A stretch of 64,000 nt of DNA from the human T2T-CHM13v2.0 reference genome, Homo sapiens: the NCBI RefSeq assembly GCF_009914755.1, contig NC_060933.1; one strand, written 5' to 3'. Positions 45,200-56,980 of the stretch are shown in pieces. The notes under the pieces are model-generated. The model did not search any database. It saw nothing but the letters and a program-made list of their open reading frames with translations, and was not told the DNA's origin. Made by a program: the position numbers and the translations under genes. Positions within the stretch are counted from its first letter, which is position 1, and every line of letters begins with the position of its first letter.

Positions 45200-45458
45200 G
45201 ATGGAGTTTCGCCCTGTTGCCCAGGCGGGAGTGCAATGGCATGATCTCAGCTCACTGCAACCTCCGCCTCTCGGGTTCAAGCAATTCTCTGCCTCATCCT
45301 CCCTAGTAACTGGGATTATAGGTGCACAACACCATGCCTGGCTAATTTTTTGTATCCTTAGTAGAGATGGGGTTTTACTCGAACTCCTTACCTCGTGATC
45401 CACCGGCCTCTGCTTCCCAAAGTGCCGGGATTACAGGTGTAAGCCACCATGCCCAGCC
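45195..45458 (-). mobile_element. AluS with an internal deletion
   Basis: Antisense dimer lacking the accatgttggccaggctggt segment. Confidence 0.9.
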
Positions 45459-46463
45459 TGTTTCCTTATTTCTATAGGTCAGGGCTTTATATAGAACTTC
45501 TTACTTCCTGACAGTGTTATCCACTTCTTTCATTCCTCTACTCTTTAAATAACTATTTATTGAATACATTATAGGTACTAGGCTTCATAAAGGGGTTCAA
45601 TTATGTAAGCTTTAACCAAAAGGGTTGCCTTTAGGCAATGGCCCTTAATGTTTCAGGGTCTCTAGCCTTGAGCTTCTCATGTTTTTGTCCAAACATATCA
45701 GAAAATAACTTGCAAAAAGTGGTTCTGCATCAGTAGCTCCCCACTTCTTGTTCACCTATGTGAGTAACAGAAGATGCACATTCCACAAATGTGCAGTGGG
45801 TCCCTGCTACATGAGAAACATGGGGACGCAGAGATGAAGAAAGCATAGCCTCTGGCTCAGGTAGCTCACAGTCCAGTGGAAGAGGCCAGTGCACATGACA
45901 GTGGCAGAGTGGATAAGCAGGTGAGCTAAGGCCTGCCAGGGAGCAAAGAGGGAGAGGCTAACCCAGCTGGGATGTCTGGTCAGAGAAGACTTCTTGGAAG
46001 AAGGGGCATTTCACCTGAGTCCTAAACAATGAATAGGAGTTAACCAGAGAAGGTTGAGGGAGGAGAGGGGACTGAAGGTGAGAAGGAGCTGTCCAGATTT
46101 TTGGAATATTTCATGTAAAGACATTAAATTGTCCAAGAGCATTTGAGAGAGCTTCAGGTGGCTGAGAGTGCCAGATATTCTAGGAACTGAGTACAAAGGG
46201 CTCTGTGGGAAGAGAGGCTCCTGGTTTTATTGTATCAGAATTGATATGGTTGAAGACAAAGATTCCTAGATCAAGTTCCCAAGTTAGTTTTACTCCTCTA
46301 CTCGATTGACATCATGCCATACCATTCTTTGAACCCCCAAAGCAAGGGCAAAAGTTAGAGGACTAGCAAAGTAGGATCATTCTGCTCCCTCTCTAAATGT
46401 GAGTCCAGTGGTATGTGGGACTGGTCCCCTGAAAGGTAGAACAAAGGAAGTCTTAGTTTCTTT

Positions 46464-46768
46464 GGGTGAGTGTGCATACGTTGGGAGTAGTGAGTGTGCA
46501 GATATATACATGTGTGTGCATGAATGGGGTAGAGTGTGCGTGTGTGTGCGTGGGGTAGATTGTGTGAATGTGTATGGATGCATGGGGGTTGAATATGTGT
46601 GTTTGCATGGGAGGGTGAATGGATGTGTGTGTGAATGTGTGTGCATGCATGGGGTTGAATATGTGTGTATGTATGTGTGTGGGGGTAGATGTGTGTGTGT
46701 GTGTGTTTGTGTGCATGCCTGGGGGCACTGAATGTGTATGTGAACATGTGTGCCTGCATGGAGTGTGC
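46464..46768 (+). repeat. Degenerate TG-rich minisatellite A (GGGG-TGAATGTGTG-TGCAT units)
   Basis: Direct reading; 7 TGCATG hexamers. Confidence 0.9.
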
Positions 46769-47120
46769 TGTAGACTGAATGTTTGTGTTCTTGGTAGATT
46801 CACAGGTTGAAATCTTAACCCCCAATAGGATGGTATTAGGAGGAAATTAGGTCATGGAATGTAGCCCTCATGATTAGAATTACTGTCCTTATAAAAGAGA
46901 CCTCAGACATCTACCTTGTCCCTTTTACCATGTGAGGTCACAACACAAATATGGTCACCAATGAACCTGGAAGGTAGTGGGCCCTTGCTAGAAACCAAAT
47001 CTGCCAGAACCTTGATCTTGGACTTCCTAGACTCCAGAACTGTGAAAAATAAATTTCTGTTGTTTATAAGCCAACCAACCAATGGTGTTCCCCTTGATAG
47101 CATCCCAAATGGACTGAGAC
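46766..47120 (+). mobile_element. MLT1A/A0-like solo LTR
   Basis: tgctgtagactgaatgtttgtg...gttgaaatcttaacccccaat...ccagaactgtgaaaaataaatttctgttgtttataagcc...aaatggactgagac. Confidence 0.9.
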
Positions 47121-49207
47121 TTCTTGAGTTTATGGCCCATTCCATCTTCTGATTTACTGAACACCCACTATGTGCCACTGCTGAGCTAGACACTAAAAGA
47201 ATATGACATGTCCATATAAGCTTATGTCCATAAGCTTATAGAGAGCAGGGATCACGTCTGTCTTGTCCAGTGCTGGGTCCCAAGTACCTAATATAGTGTC
47301 TGGCACACAATATGCACCCAGAAAATTGTTTGAATAAATGAGTAGATGCCTCAAATTTGGTTTCTTTGTGGAATTAAGACACTTGGCATATCAATGATTC
47401 ACAGCAATAAAAGTGCTTCTGGAGAGGAGAATAGATGTACAAGGTGATCCAGAGAGTTCTGATGACTTTCCTTCCCACCAGCATTTCAGAAAAAGTACTG
47501 ATTTTGAGTCAGACAGATCTGGCCTCAAAGTCTGCTCCTTCCACTTTCTCTCTGGGTAAATTGGGCAAGTCATTCCCCTTCTCCTAGCTTTGCGTTCCAT
47601 CTGTAATTTGCTACAGTGGTCCAAACAGCCTAACCCGAGGGGTGAATATGCATGTGTGTTCATGAGGGGCGAATGTGTGTTGTGTGAATGTGTGTGTTTA
47701 GAGTGATTGTGTGACATGGGGGTGAATGTGTGTATGTGCATGCATTGAAGGTGAATGTGTCTGTGTTTGTGTGCATGAGAGTGTGTGTGAATGTGCGTGT
47801 GTCTGTGTATGGAGGTAAATGGGAAATGTGTGTGGGTGTGTGCATGAAGGGTGAAAGTGTGTGTGTGTCTGTGTGCACAAAGGTGAATGTGTGTTTTGAG
47901 TGATTATGTGTGTGTGTTCATGAGGTAAATGTATATATGTCTGTGTGTGCCTAGGTGTGATATGTGTATGTCTATATGTGCTTGAGGGGAGCGAATGTGC
48001 ATGTGTGTGGTGTGCAGTTGGAATGAGACAAGAGGAGGGCTGGGAGCCAACACAATGAAACAATACCACTTCTGAGGTCCCACTTTGTTCCAGGAGCCAG
48101 AGGGTTAATAGTGATTTCACAAAACCAGCATCTTTGGCTAGAGAAGCACCTGGCAGCTTATCTCACTCTCCCTATAATTCTTGTTTCACCCTTGTAGTAA
48201 AATTTAAATTAACTTGCTTTGATGGCTTTGAGTCCACATGGCAGGCTACACAAGATAGAAATATGCTCACATTAGCAGAAAAGAAAAAAAAAATACAGGC
48301 TCGCCCACAAAAGCTGACTCAAATCATTTGTAAGCTGATACATCCTAAGAGAACTTTTACTTTCCTTCTTGAATACTTTTGCACAAATGGAGAAGGGCAT
48401 GCAAACATTAGATAGTGTTCAGCCCATGGAAATAGAATTCTGGGATAAAGATAATAATAATAGATAACATTTACAGAGAGCTTAGAGTGAACTAAGCTGT
48501 TTACATGTGGGGTCTCATTTAATGCACACAATAATTGAATGAGGAGGCATAATTATCCTCATTCTCATTTTACTAATGAAGAGGCTGAGGCTCTGAGAGA
48601 TTGCCCATGGTCCTGCAGCTGGTGGAACTTAAGAGATCATCAGTTGCTTGCCCAGAGATACTCAGCAGATAAGGAGAGGAGTGAAGAGCAGAACCGCAGT
48701 AGTTTGACTCCAGTCCTCGACCTCCCAAGGTGTATCCACTGTTGAACTTTCTCTAAGGTTTGCAATCACTGTGGGGATCCATTTGGAAAGAAGCTCACTG
48801 CTTGTTTTTTAATGGACTGGGGTGAATATTTATCTTCAGAGAAAAATCCTCAAGGATCTGCATTTTTCTGAGACTTTGGTTGTGGAAAGGTCTGTGAAAT
48901 CAAGTGCCTGGAATGGTTTCTGTGTTGGAGCTGGTAGATTCTGGCATTCTCAGGAAATCCGAGGTGCATGAGTTCCGGCTCCTACTTCAAGAGAAAGACC
49001 AATTGGTCTTCACTGGTTAGGTCATTCACCAACTCCCACTTTGGCTTGGTGCTCATTGTATCTGGGCCTTGTTGGGAGGCTGAGCTCTTGGATCCTAGTT
49101 ATCAGAATGCAGGCCATTCTTGAGTTTCTGGCCCATTCCATCTTCTGATTTACTGAACACCCACTATGTGCCACTGCTGAGCTAGACACAAAAAGAATAT
49201 GACATGT
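47121..49207 (+). repeat. Dispersed direct repeat, 91 bp: 47121-47211 and 49117-49207
   Basis: 89/91 identical (two substitutions) by manual alignment. Confidence 0.97.
47639..48017 (+). repeat. Degenerate TG-rich minisatellite B (same motif family as A)
   Basis: Repeated ggtgaatgtgtg...tgcatg; 5 TGCATG hexamers. Confidence 0.9.
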
Positions 49208-50691
49208 TCCCTGCCTTTATGGGACTCACAGTGTAGTGGGGGTGACAGATGCAGACACTAAAAATTTGACTACAGTATGGCTACATAAAATGATAGGGAG
49301 GTACTTGTACAAGCTCAGAGAAGACCTCCAACCTGTTGATGGCAGAGGAGGGGAAGGAGGATGTCAGGAAATGCTATAAATGACATCTCATCTGAGACCT
49401 GAATTAAGAGAAGTTGGCTAAGTGAAGAGGGGTGTGTGTGTTTGAACATCAAAAATGGGAAGCAATGTGCAAAATCAGAGCTAAGTAACTCAAGCGGACT
49501 GCAATACAGTTTGCAAAGGGAGAGTGGTGGGAGGTGAGACAGAGGTATACATGAACCGGATCATGCAGGCCCATTCCTGAGAGGAGATGGAATTTATCCT
49601 AAGGGCAATGGAGAGTGACACTGAAATATTTCTCTTTCAAACCAATCATTGACTGCCATGTGAGGGCCTCACTGGAGAGGTCAGACTACAGGCTGGCAGT
49701 CTGCCTAGGAAGCCATTGCAGTGGTAGGACTGCAACTAGTATGGAGGAAATGAAATTGCTCTCGAAATGGATGGAACAAAGAAATGATAAGGCAGGGTTC
49801 CATCCATGTCTTGAAGAAATCTGCAGATTAGAGTGTGAGCCTCTTGATGACAATGTCAAGGTTTTCTTCTTTTTAAAAACTGGTGTGCAATTTACATGGA
49901 GTAAAATGCATAGATTTTAAGTGCAGGGTCTAATGAGTTTTGATAAATACATATATTGATGTAACCCATATCACTATTGAGATATAGACTATTTTCTTCA
50001 TTCCGTAAATTTCCCTAGTGTGCCTTCCCTGCCAGTCCCTGCTCAGAGGATAACATTGTTCTGATTTCTATTCTGATTTTTATCACTGTAGATTAGTTTG
50101 GCCTATTCTACAACTTCATATGAATAATATATATGCATTCTTTTGTGTGTTGCTTTTTCATTTAACATGATGTTTTTGAGATTCATACATGTGGTTGCAT
50201 GGTGAGTAGTAACCTACTGTATAAAATACTGCAGTGTGTTTATCCATACTCTTGTTGATGGACATTTGGGTTAGTTCCAGATTTTGGCTATTACGAATGA
50301 TTCTTCTCCAAATATCCCTTTTGGGGATATATATTTTAATTTCTCTTGGGTAATATCTAGGATTAAAATTGTTTGGTCTGGGTGGTTATATAAGGAAACT
50401 GTACAAGAAGCTGCCAACAGTTCTCCGGTGTGGCTGTACCATTTTACATTCCCTCCAGCAACGTGTGAGAGTTCCAAATGCTCAGTGTCTTGGACAATAT
50501 TTGCTGTTGTCAGTGTTTTAAATACTAGCCATTCTAGTGGGTGTGCTGTGGTTTCTCATTGTGGTTTTATTTGTATTATCCTAATGACTAACAATCTTAA
50601 GCAATTTTTCGTGTGCCATTTACATATCATCCTTGGTGATGTATACGTTTAAGTCTTTGTCCGTTTTTGCTTTGGATTATATAATTTTTAA

Positions 50692-51001
<310 letters not shown>

Positions 51002-51595
51002 AAGGACTGTATGACTTCTAAAGATTGAGTTATAGGCATTCTTTTTATGCATTCTGATGTCTAATTTATTAATTTTTCTTTTATAGTTAGTGTTTCCTGT
51101 GTCCTGTCTAAAGGATCTCTGTCTATCTCAAGGTTAAGAAGATATACTCCTTTGCTTTTAGCTTTTGTTTTTACGTCTATAATCCATTTCAAATAATTTT
51201 TTTGATTCATGATGTGAGTTAATATTTTTCTAATACATATCTAGTTGTTCCTGCATCAATTATGGAAAAGACTTTCCCCTTTGAATTATTTGGCCCTTTA
51301 TCAAAAATCAATAAAAGGTATAAATATAGGAGCATTCTTGGACTCTTTATTTTATTCCACTGAAATATTTATCTATCCTTGTGTCAATACGAAACTGCCT
51401 TGATTACTATAGCTTTACCATAAGTGTTGAAGGCAGGCAGAGTAAATCTTCCAACTATATTTTTCTTTCACAAGATTGTGTTGGTTATTTTAAATCCTTT
51501 GTAATTTCTTATGCAGTTTAGAGCCAACCTATCAATTTCTATTAAAAAAAAGTCTACTGGGGTTTTGATTTAGATGGTAATGAATTATTTATTAA

Positions 51596-51970
<375 letters not shown>

Positions 51971-52033
51971 AATGTCTGCACTTTTTAAGGTCTTAAGTTC
52001 TCCAAACATTGTTCAGTAATTTTCAGTGTAGAG

Positions 52034-52200
52034 CAGGGGTGGGCAAACAATTTTTTGGTAAAGGTCTAGATAGTAAGTATTTAAGCTTTGTGGCGAAGAG
52101 GCAAAATAGAAGATATTGGGTAGACTCTCATATAACAAGACAGAAAACAAATTTTCACAATTTTATTTTGATGAAATAAAAATATCGACTGCATTTTTTG
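52034..52200 (+). mobile_element. MER58-like hAT-Charlie fragment
   Basis: caggggtgggcaaac...gtaaaggtctagatagtaagtatttaagctttgtgg; 3'-truncated. Confidence 0.7.
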
Positions 52201-52761
52201 GTATCTTTCTGTTATACCCTTTCAGGTTCTCTCCATTTTCACCAAGACGTTACTAAAACTAAGGTTTACTTTCACTCTAAAACCATTATATCCCTATGCT
52301 CTCAATCTAACTCATTAAACTATCACACAATTAGAGTTAATGAGTTAGATAAAAATTAAAATGCTTAAGGTTGCCACAATGAAAAATTCATGTGTGCTGA
52401 AAAGGCAGCATCAGAGAAACTCTATTAAGGAGGAAAAACTGTAGATATATTCTGGCTTTAAAGATAGTTTGGTAATGTGGTTTAAGCTGCAGTATTTTTA
52501 TATTTTTAATATATTTCATAGCTTTAATAGGTCTCCGGAATATAATTTACATGTTTTGTAGAATGGTGTTATTTATATGCTTCAATTTTGACTTCAAATT
52601 GAAAGTCTTAACATTTTTAAAAGACTCACTATAATTAAAAATTGTAAAGCAATTCAATGTAAACAGTTCAAGATGTATAGTATCTAAATGTCTTCCTTTC
52701 AGTAGGCTATTTCTCAATTAAGTCTTCCTTCATTCAGCACATTTTCATTATGTGCCCACTA

Positions 52762-52843
52762 TTAGGTTGGTGCAAAAGTAATTGCAGTTTTTGCCATTAC
52801 TTAAAAAAATGGCAAAACTACAATTACTTGTATACCAACCCGA
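52762..52843. mobile_element. MADE1 (Hsmar1-derived MITE)
   Basis: ttaggttggtgcaaaagtaattgcagtttttgccatt...aatggcaaaactacaattacttgtataccaacccga palindrome; TA flanks; inserted in an L2 tail. Confidence 0.95.
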
Positions 52844-53619
52844 TATATGCAAGGCACTGGGCCAGGTGCTGGGAGTCAGCAGTGAGAAGGCAGATATGTT
52901 ACTACTACCTTAAAACACATTAAAAGAAATAAAAAATAATGCAAGAGTCTATGAAGGAAACAAAAGAGATGCAGAGCTCTATGTAGAGTGATCTTGGAAA
53001 GTCACACTAACGAGGTCATCAATGAATTGGCTGACTTTGAATAACTATTGGTGAAAGCATGGATGAGAAGGACAGTCTCAACAAACCATCTGAGACAACA
53101 GCAGACTCATTTCAGATTGCTTATGGCAATATGGACTCTAGTTTCATTTCCTTTCATTCAGTCTTAGAAGTTTCTATATGTAGCTGCTGAGCTGGAACTA
53201 ATATGTATTGTTGCTGTTGAGCTGTGCTAACTGCTGAATTTTTAGTTCATTCGTCCCCTGAAAGAGCTGCTGCTGGAAATCGTGGTCAAAAGGGCCTGCT
53301 GCAGTAGCTTCTGAAGAGTCATTGGTACCTAAATACCACGATGGTCAAACTGTAAGGAATCCAGAGTACCTCGTTCCAGAGCATACTGATTCTGAATCTC
53401 AGGATCTGAAAAGTCTTCTACTAGTGGTTTATTAGCTGTAGAGTTAGGAAGAGACCCTAATCTATCTGGGGGATTATTCTGGACCCCAGATGCTCAACTA
53501 CTTCGGTTGGAGAGACATAACAACTTCTAGGAGTACAATGAAAATCTTTGTAATTAACATCATTCTATTTCTTTGGAAAGTGTTGAGTTTCCCCCCCACC
53601 CCTCCCCTTGGTGGGGGTT

Positions 53620-54210
53620 GGTCCTTGGTTTAAGGACTTGTTGAAATGGGACTAAGGTAGTGTAGCACAGCCTACTCCTAATCATGGCCTTTTTAGGGTC
53701 TCAATGAATGCCTGTGGTTACAGTAATCTTTTTCTACCCTGGCTTGTCATAATTCCATCTTATTCTAATAGTGTGAGATCTCTGTAATCCCCATTCAGTT
53801 CTTGGGCCCCCGCAGCTGTTTTCTGTGAGGCTTCTGCACTTGCACAGTTTAACATTCAACCAAAGGGACCTAAGTGAAGATTTCTGCAGTTTCTCTGCAT
53901 AGCATCCTTCTTTCCTTTATTCTTTGCCACAAATTTCAGCTATTGCAATAACACCAAAACCTGTTATATATTTCCCCAACCTTGTAAGATTGATGCTGTC
54001 TGTTTGGGCTTACTTTCCTGTGTCACTGGCAATTTTACAGGCAGAAAACTGAGGTAAATATGGAGTACATCTCACATATTTTCCTTCTGTCAAAGATTGT
54101 AGCCCTATGTTATCTGTTGTCTAATGTCCAATTTTATAGTTGTTATAATAAGCAGGCAAGTCCTGTAGCCATTGCTCTGTCTTGGCTAGAACTGGGAGTT
54201 CCAATGTTTT
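53620..54210 (-). mobile_element. Ancient L1ME-like 5' end
   Basis: Terminus (ttttatagttg...gctagaactgggagt) resembles the one at 26710-26790. Confidence 0.5.
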
Positions 54211-54837
54211 CTTCATCTTTTTTTTTTTTCTCAGAACTTAGAGTAGTTCCTAGAACTAGGTGCTTGGGGTTAGTTGAATGAATACACAATAATTTTGTTA
54301 TGTTGACCTGGATAAGGGCACATGGCAAAGCAAAATGTAGTAGACCCCTGGTCTCTGGTCTCTTGGTGTGGGCTATTCTATGCTGCATCACACAGGGCTT
54401 CATTTTCTTCTCTGTGGTTCTGAATTGGGGATCACAGTTCACTCAACATGTACCTTTGTGGATAAAAGCCTTAAGTTCCCCATGAATGACTTTTTCCCCC
54501 TCCTTTATAAAATTGACACCCATGCTTGTGATGAAACCACATTTAACCTTTTGGGATTCACTTTGCACTTTGGGGGACTGTGGGGGAAGCACACAGAAAT
54601 GTCTGGAATTTTTTCAGTACTATCTTCTTAGCTTCCTTCTTCATTTAACAAAGCCACAGAACATGGCTTAGATCATTTGTCTGATAAAATGCGGAGCTAC
54701 TTTCCTGGTTTCTTGAATAATTCTGTTGATTAGCCAGGTCCTCTTGGGGCAACTGTTTATTGGCCTACATTCTTTCAAGTTGATGCTGAAATATTGATTT
54801 TTATTTAACTCACTTTCTTAAGTGACTTAAATATAAA

Positions 54838-54896
54838 TTAAGTGGCTGCAGGGGGAAGTGGGGTACAGTTTAAGTGGCTGCAGAGGGAAGTGGGGT
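54838..54896. repeat. 32 bp tandem duplication
   Basis: ttaagtggctgcagggggaagtggggt(acagt) followed by ttaagtggctgcagagggaagtggggt. Confidence 0.95.
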
Positions 54897-55066
54897 TAGA
54901 AGCTTGTGTCGGTCAGAAATGTGGACCCTAGAAGGAAGAAGGCTTTTGAAAGCTAAGTTCTATTGTGGATGAGATGTGCAACACTGGCCAATTTTCTCAA
55001 GCTCTCTGAACCTCAGTTTCTTTAGGTGTAAAATGGGAATAATAATACTTATCTTCTATATAAAGT

Positions 55067-55454
55067 TGTATTAGTCTCTTCTCACACTGCTATAAAGAAC
55101 TATCAGAGACTGGGTAATTTATAAAGAAAAGAGGTTTAATTGGCTCATGGTTCCACAAGCTGTACAGGGAGCATGGCTAGGGAGGCCTCAGGAAAATTAC
55201 AACCATGGTGGAAGGCGAAGGCGAAGCTGACACATCTTCATATGGTGGAGCAGGAGAGAGACCGAGAGCGAAGGGGGAGGTGCTACACACTTTCAAACAA
55301 CCAGATCTCGTGAGAACTCACTCACTGTCATGAGAACAGCGAGAGAGAAGTTCACTCCCATGATCCAATCACTTCCCACTAGGTCCCTCCCCCAACATTG
55401 GGAATTACAATTCCACATGAGATTTGGGTGGGGACAGAGACCCAAACCATATTA
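55067..55454 (-). mobile_element. MSTA/THE1D-like solo LTR inserted in a MIR
   Basis: tgtattagtctcttctcacactgctataaagaac...gagatttgggtggggacagagacccaaaccatat; MIR halves on both sides. Confidence 0.93.
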
Positions 55455-55534
55455 ATAATTAAATGAGTTAACAAGGGTAAAGCACCTAGTGCTGTACTTG
55501 CCTCAAAGGAGGTTCTCAATAATCTTGTGAATAT

Positions 55535-55690
55535 TCCTTTCTTTTCTTTTCCTTCCCTTCTTTTTTCCTCCTCTTCTTCTCTTTCTCTCTCTCTTTCTTT
55601 CTTTTTTCTTTCTCTCTCCCTCTCTCTCTTTCTGTCTTTCCTTTCCTTCTTCCTTTCTCTCTCACTCTCTCTTTTTCTCTTTGTTCTCTT
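55535..55690. repeat. CT-rich low-complexity tract
   Basis: Direct reading. Confidence 0.9.
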
Positions 55691-56593
55691 AAAGAGGTCA
55701 GGGAAGAGAGGAATAGTATGTTTTATTACAGTGTTTAACAACATGGTTTTTGCAATCAGCCAGACCTTGGTTTAAATCTTGGCTCCACAGCTCATTACCT
55801 TTGGGACTTTGGAAGAGTCACAGCATATCTTCAACCCTCAGTCTATTTAGCTGTAAAATGGAGGTAATGATTTCTGATTGATAAAATTATTGTGAGACTT
55901 GAATAAAAACTGAGTAAATGAGAAGTGGCCACCTAAACCTGTTCCATGGCAGGTGCCCAGGAGTTCTGTCTTCCAGTTTAGCTGTGGGTCAATCCCAGTT
56001 GTCATCCTACGATCAGCTACTTGATAGGTCTAGGTCCTCCCATTCTGAGTCCCTCTCCTTTCTCCTCACTAGGGAAAGTTTGTCTGGGGTGAAGATGTGA
56101 GTGTAAACTGGATTTATATTTATTCAAAACCATAAATGATTAAAATGCATTTTGCAGATTTGGGTTGGAACTTCCCCTTCCATTTTCCCCAACCTGCTTC
56201 CACTTCCCATATAAAGCCTGTTTTTGCTCTGGGTGACATCCTTGGGAATAGGAAGGATTGAATAAAAACTGGAAATTGGAAGACAAATGTATATAGGGAA
56301 GGAATCCAGATACAAAACTATGTTGAATAGTTTGTCCCACAAACATTTATTAGAGTTCAGCTGATGACAGTTCCTAAAAGTGAGTAAGACACCATCAGAT
56401 GGGGGAAAGACAGACGATCAGACAACAAGCCCGAGACAGGGGATGGGGAGGGTTCCTGTGAGAGTCCCTGCATGAGGCATTCAGGGTTGGCTCCGCAGAT
56501 GAAAGGACAGCTGAGCAGAGTCTTGAGAAATGACTAGCAGTTCACCACGGGGTAGGGGAGGGCAGGCATTCTACCCAGAGTGCTTTAATCAGG

Positions 56594-56980
56594 GGTGCTA
56601 GGGCAAATGTGTACCAATTTACAAGAAGGGAATATTAAATTACCAGGAGTTTTGTGAGCTGGTCATTAAACACAGCCATAATAAAATTAAATTACATAAA
56701 CCTACATTTATATAAATTATATTACAACAAAGGTAATAAATACTCCAAACTTGTCACTTCTTAGTTATTACTACATTATCCATTATCTATCCTCTTGTGG
56801 TTGTAAATATCTATTGTATCCATATGGCTGAAATACATCCTTTCTGAACTCACTGGCAACACATTGGTTGCTTGTAATTGGTCATGGTGGAAATATTTAC
56901 AACACAGATAGCAACAAATGGTGCGAATCAGGGCTTTATTTTGGAGAGCCGGATGTTCAACATTTATTAGCACATCACTG
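56594..56980. mobile_element. MER63-like (hAT-Blackjack) relic inside an L2
   Basis: Ends gagagccggatgttcaacatttattagcacatcactg; L2 sequence on both sides. Confidence 0.7.

Noticed and set aside
44792-45403. Longest ORF (203 aa) and other low-complexity ORFs (9195, 15728, 40411, 46355, 47698, 55379)
   Set aside because: Open only because simple repeats lack stop codons; repetitive composition.
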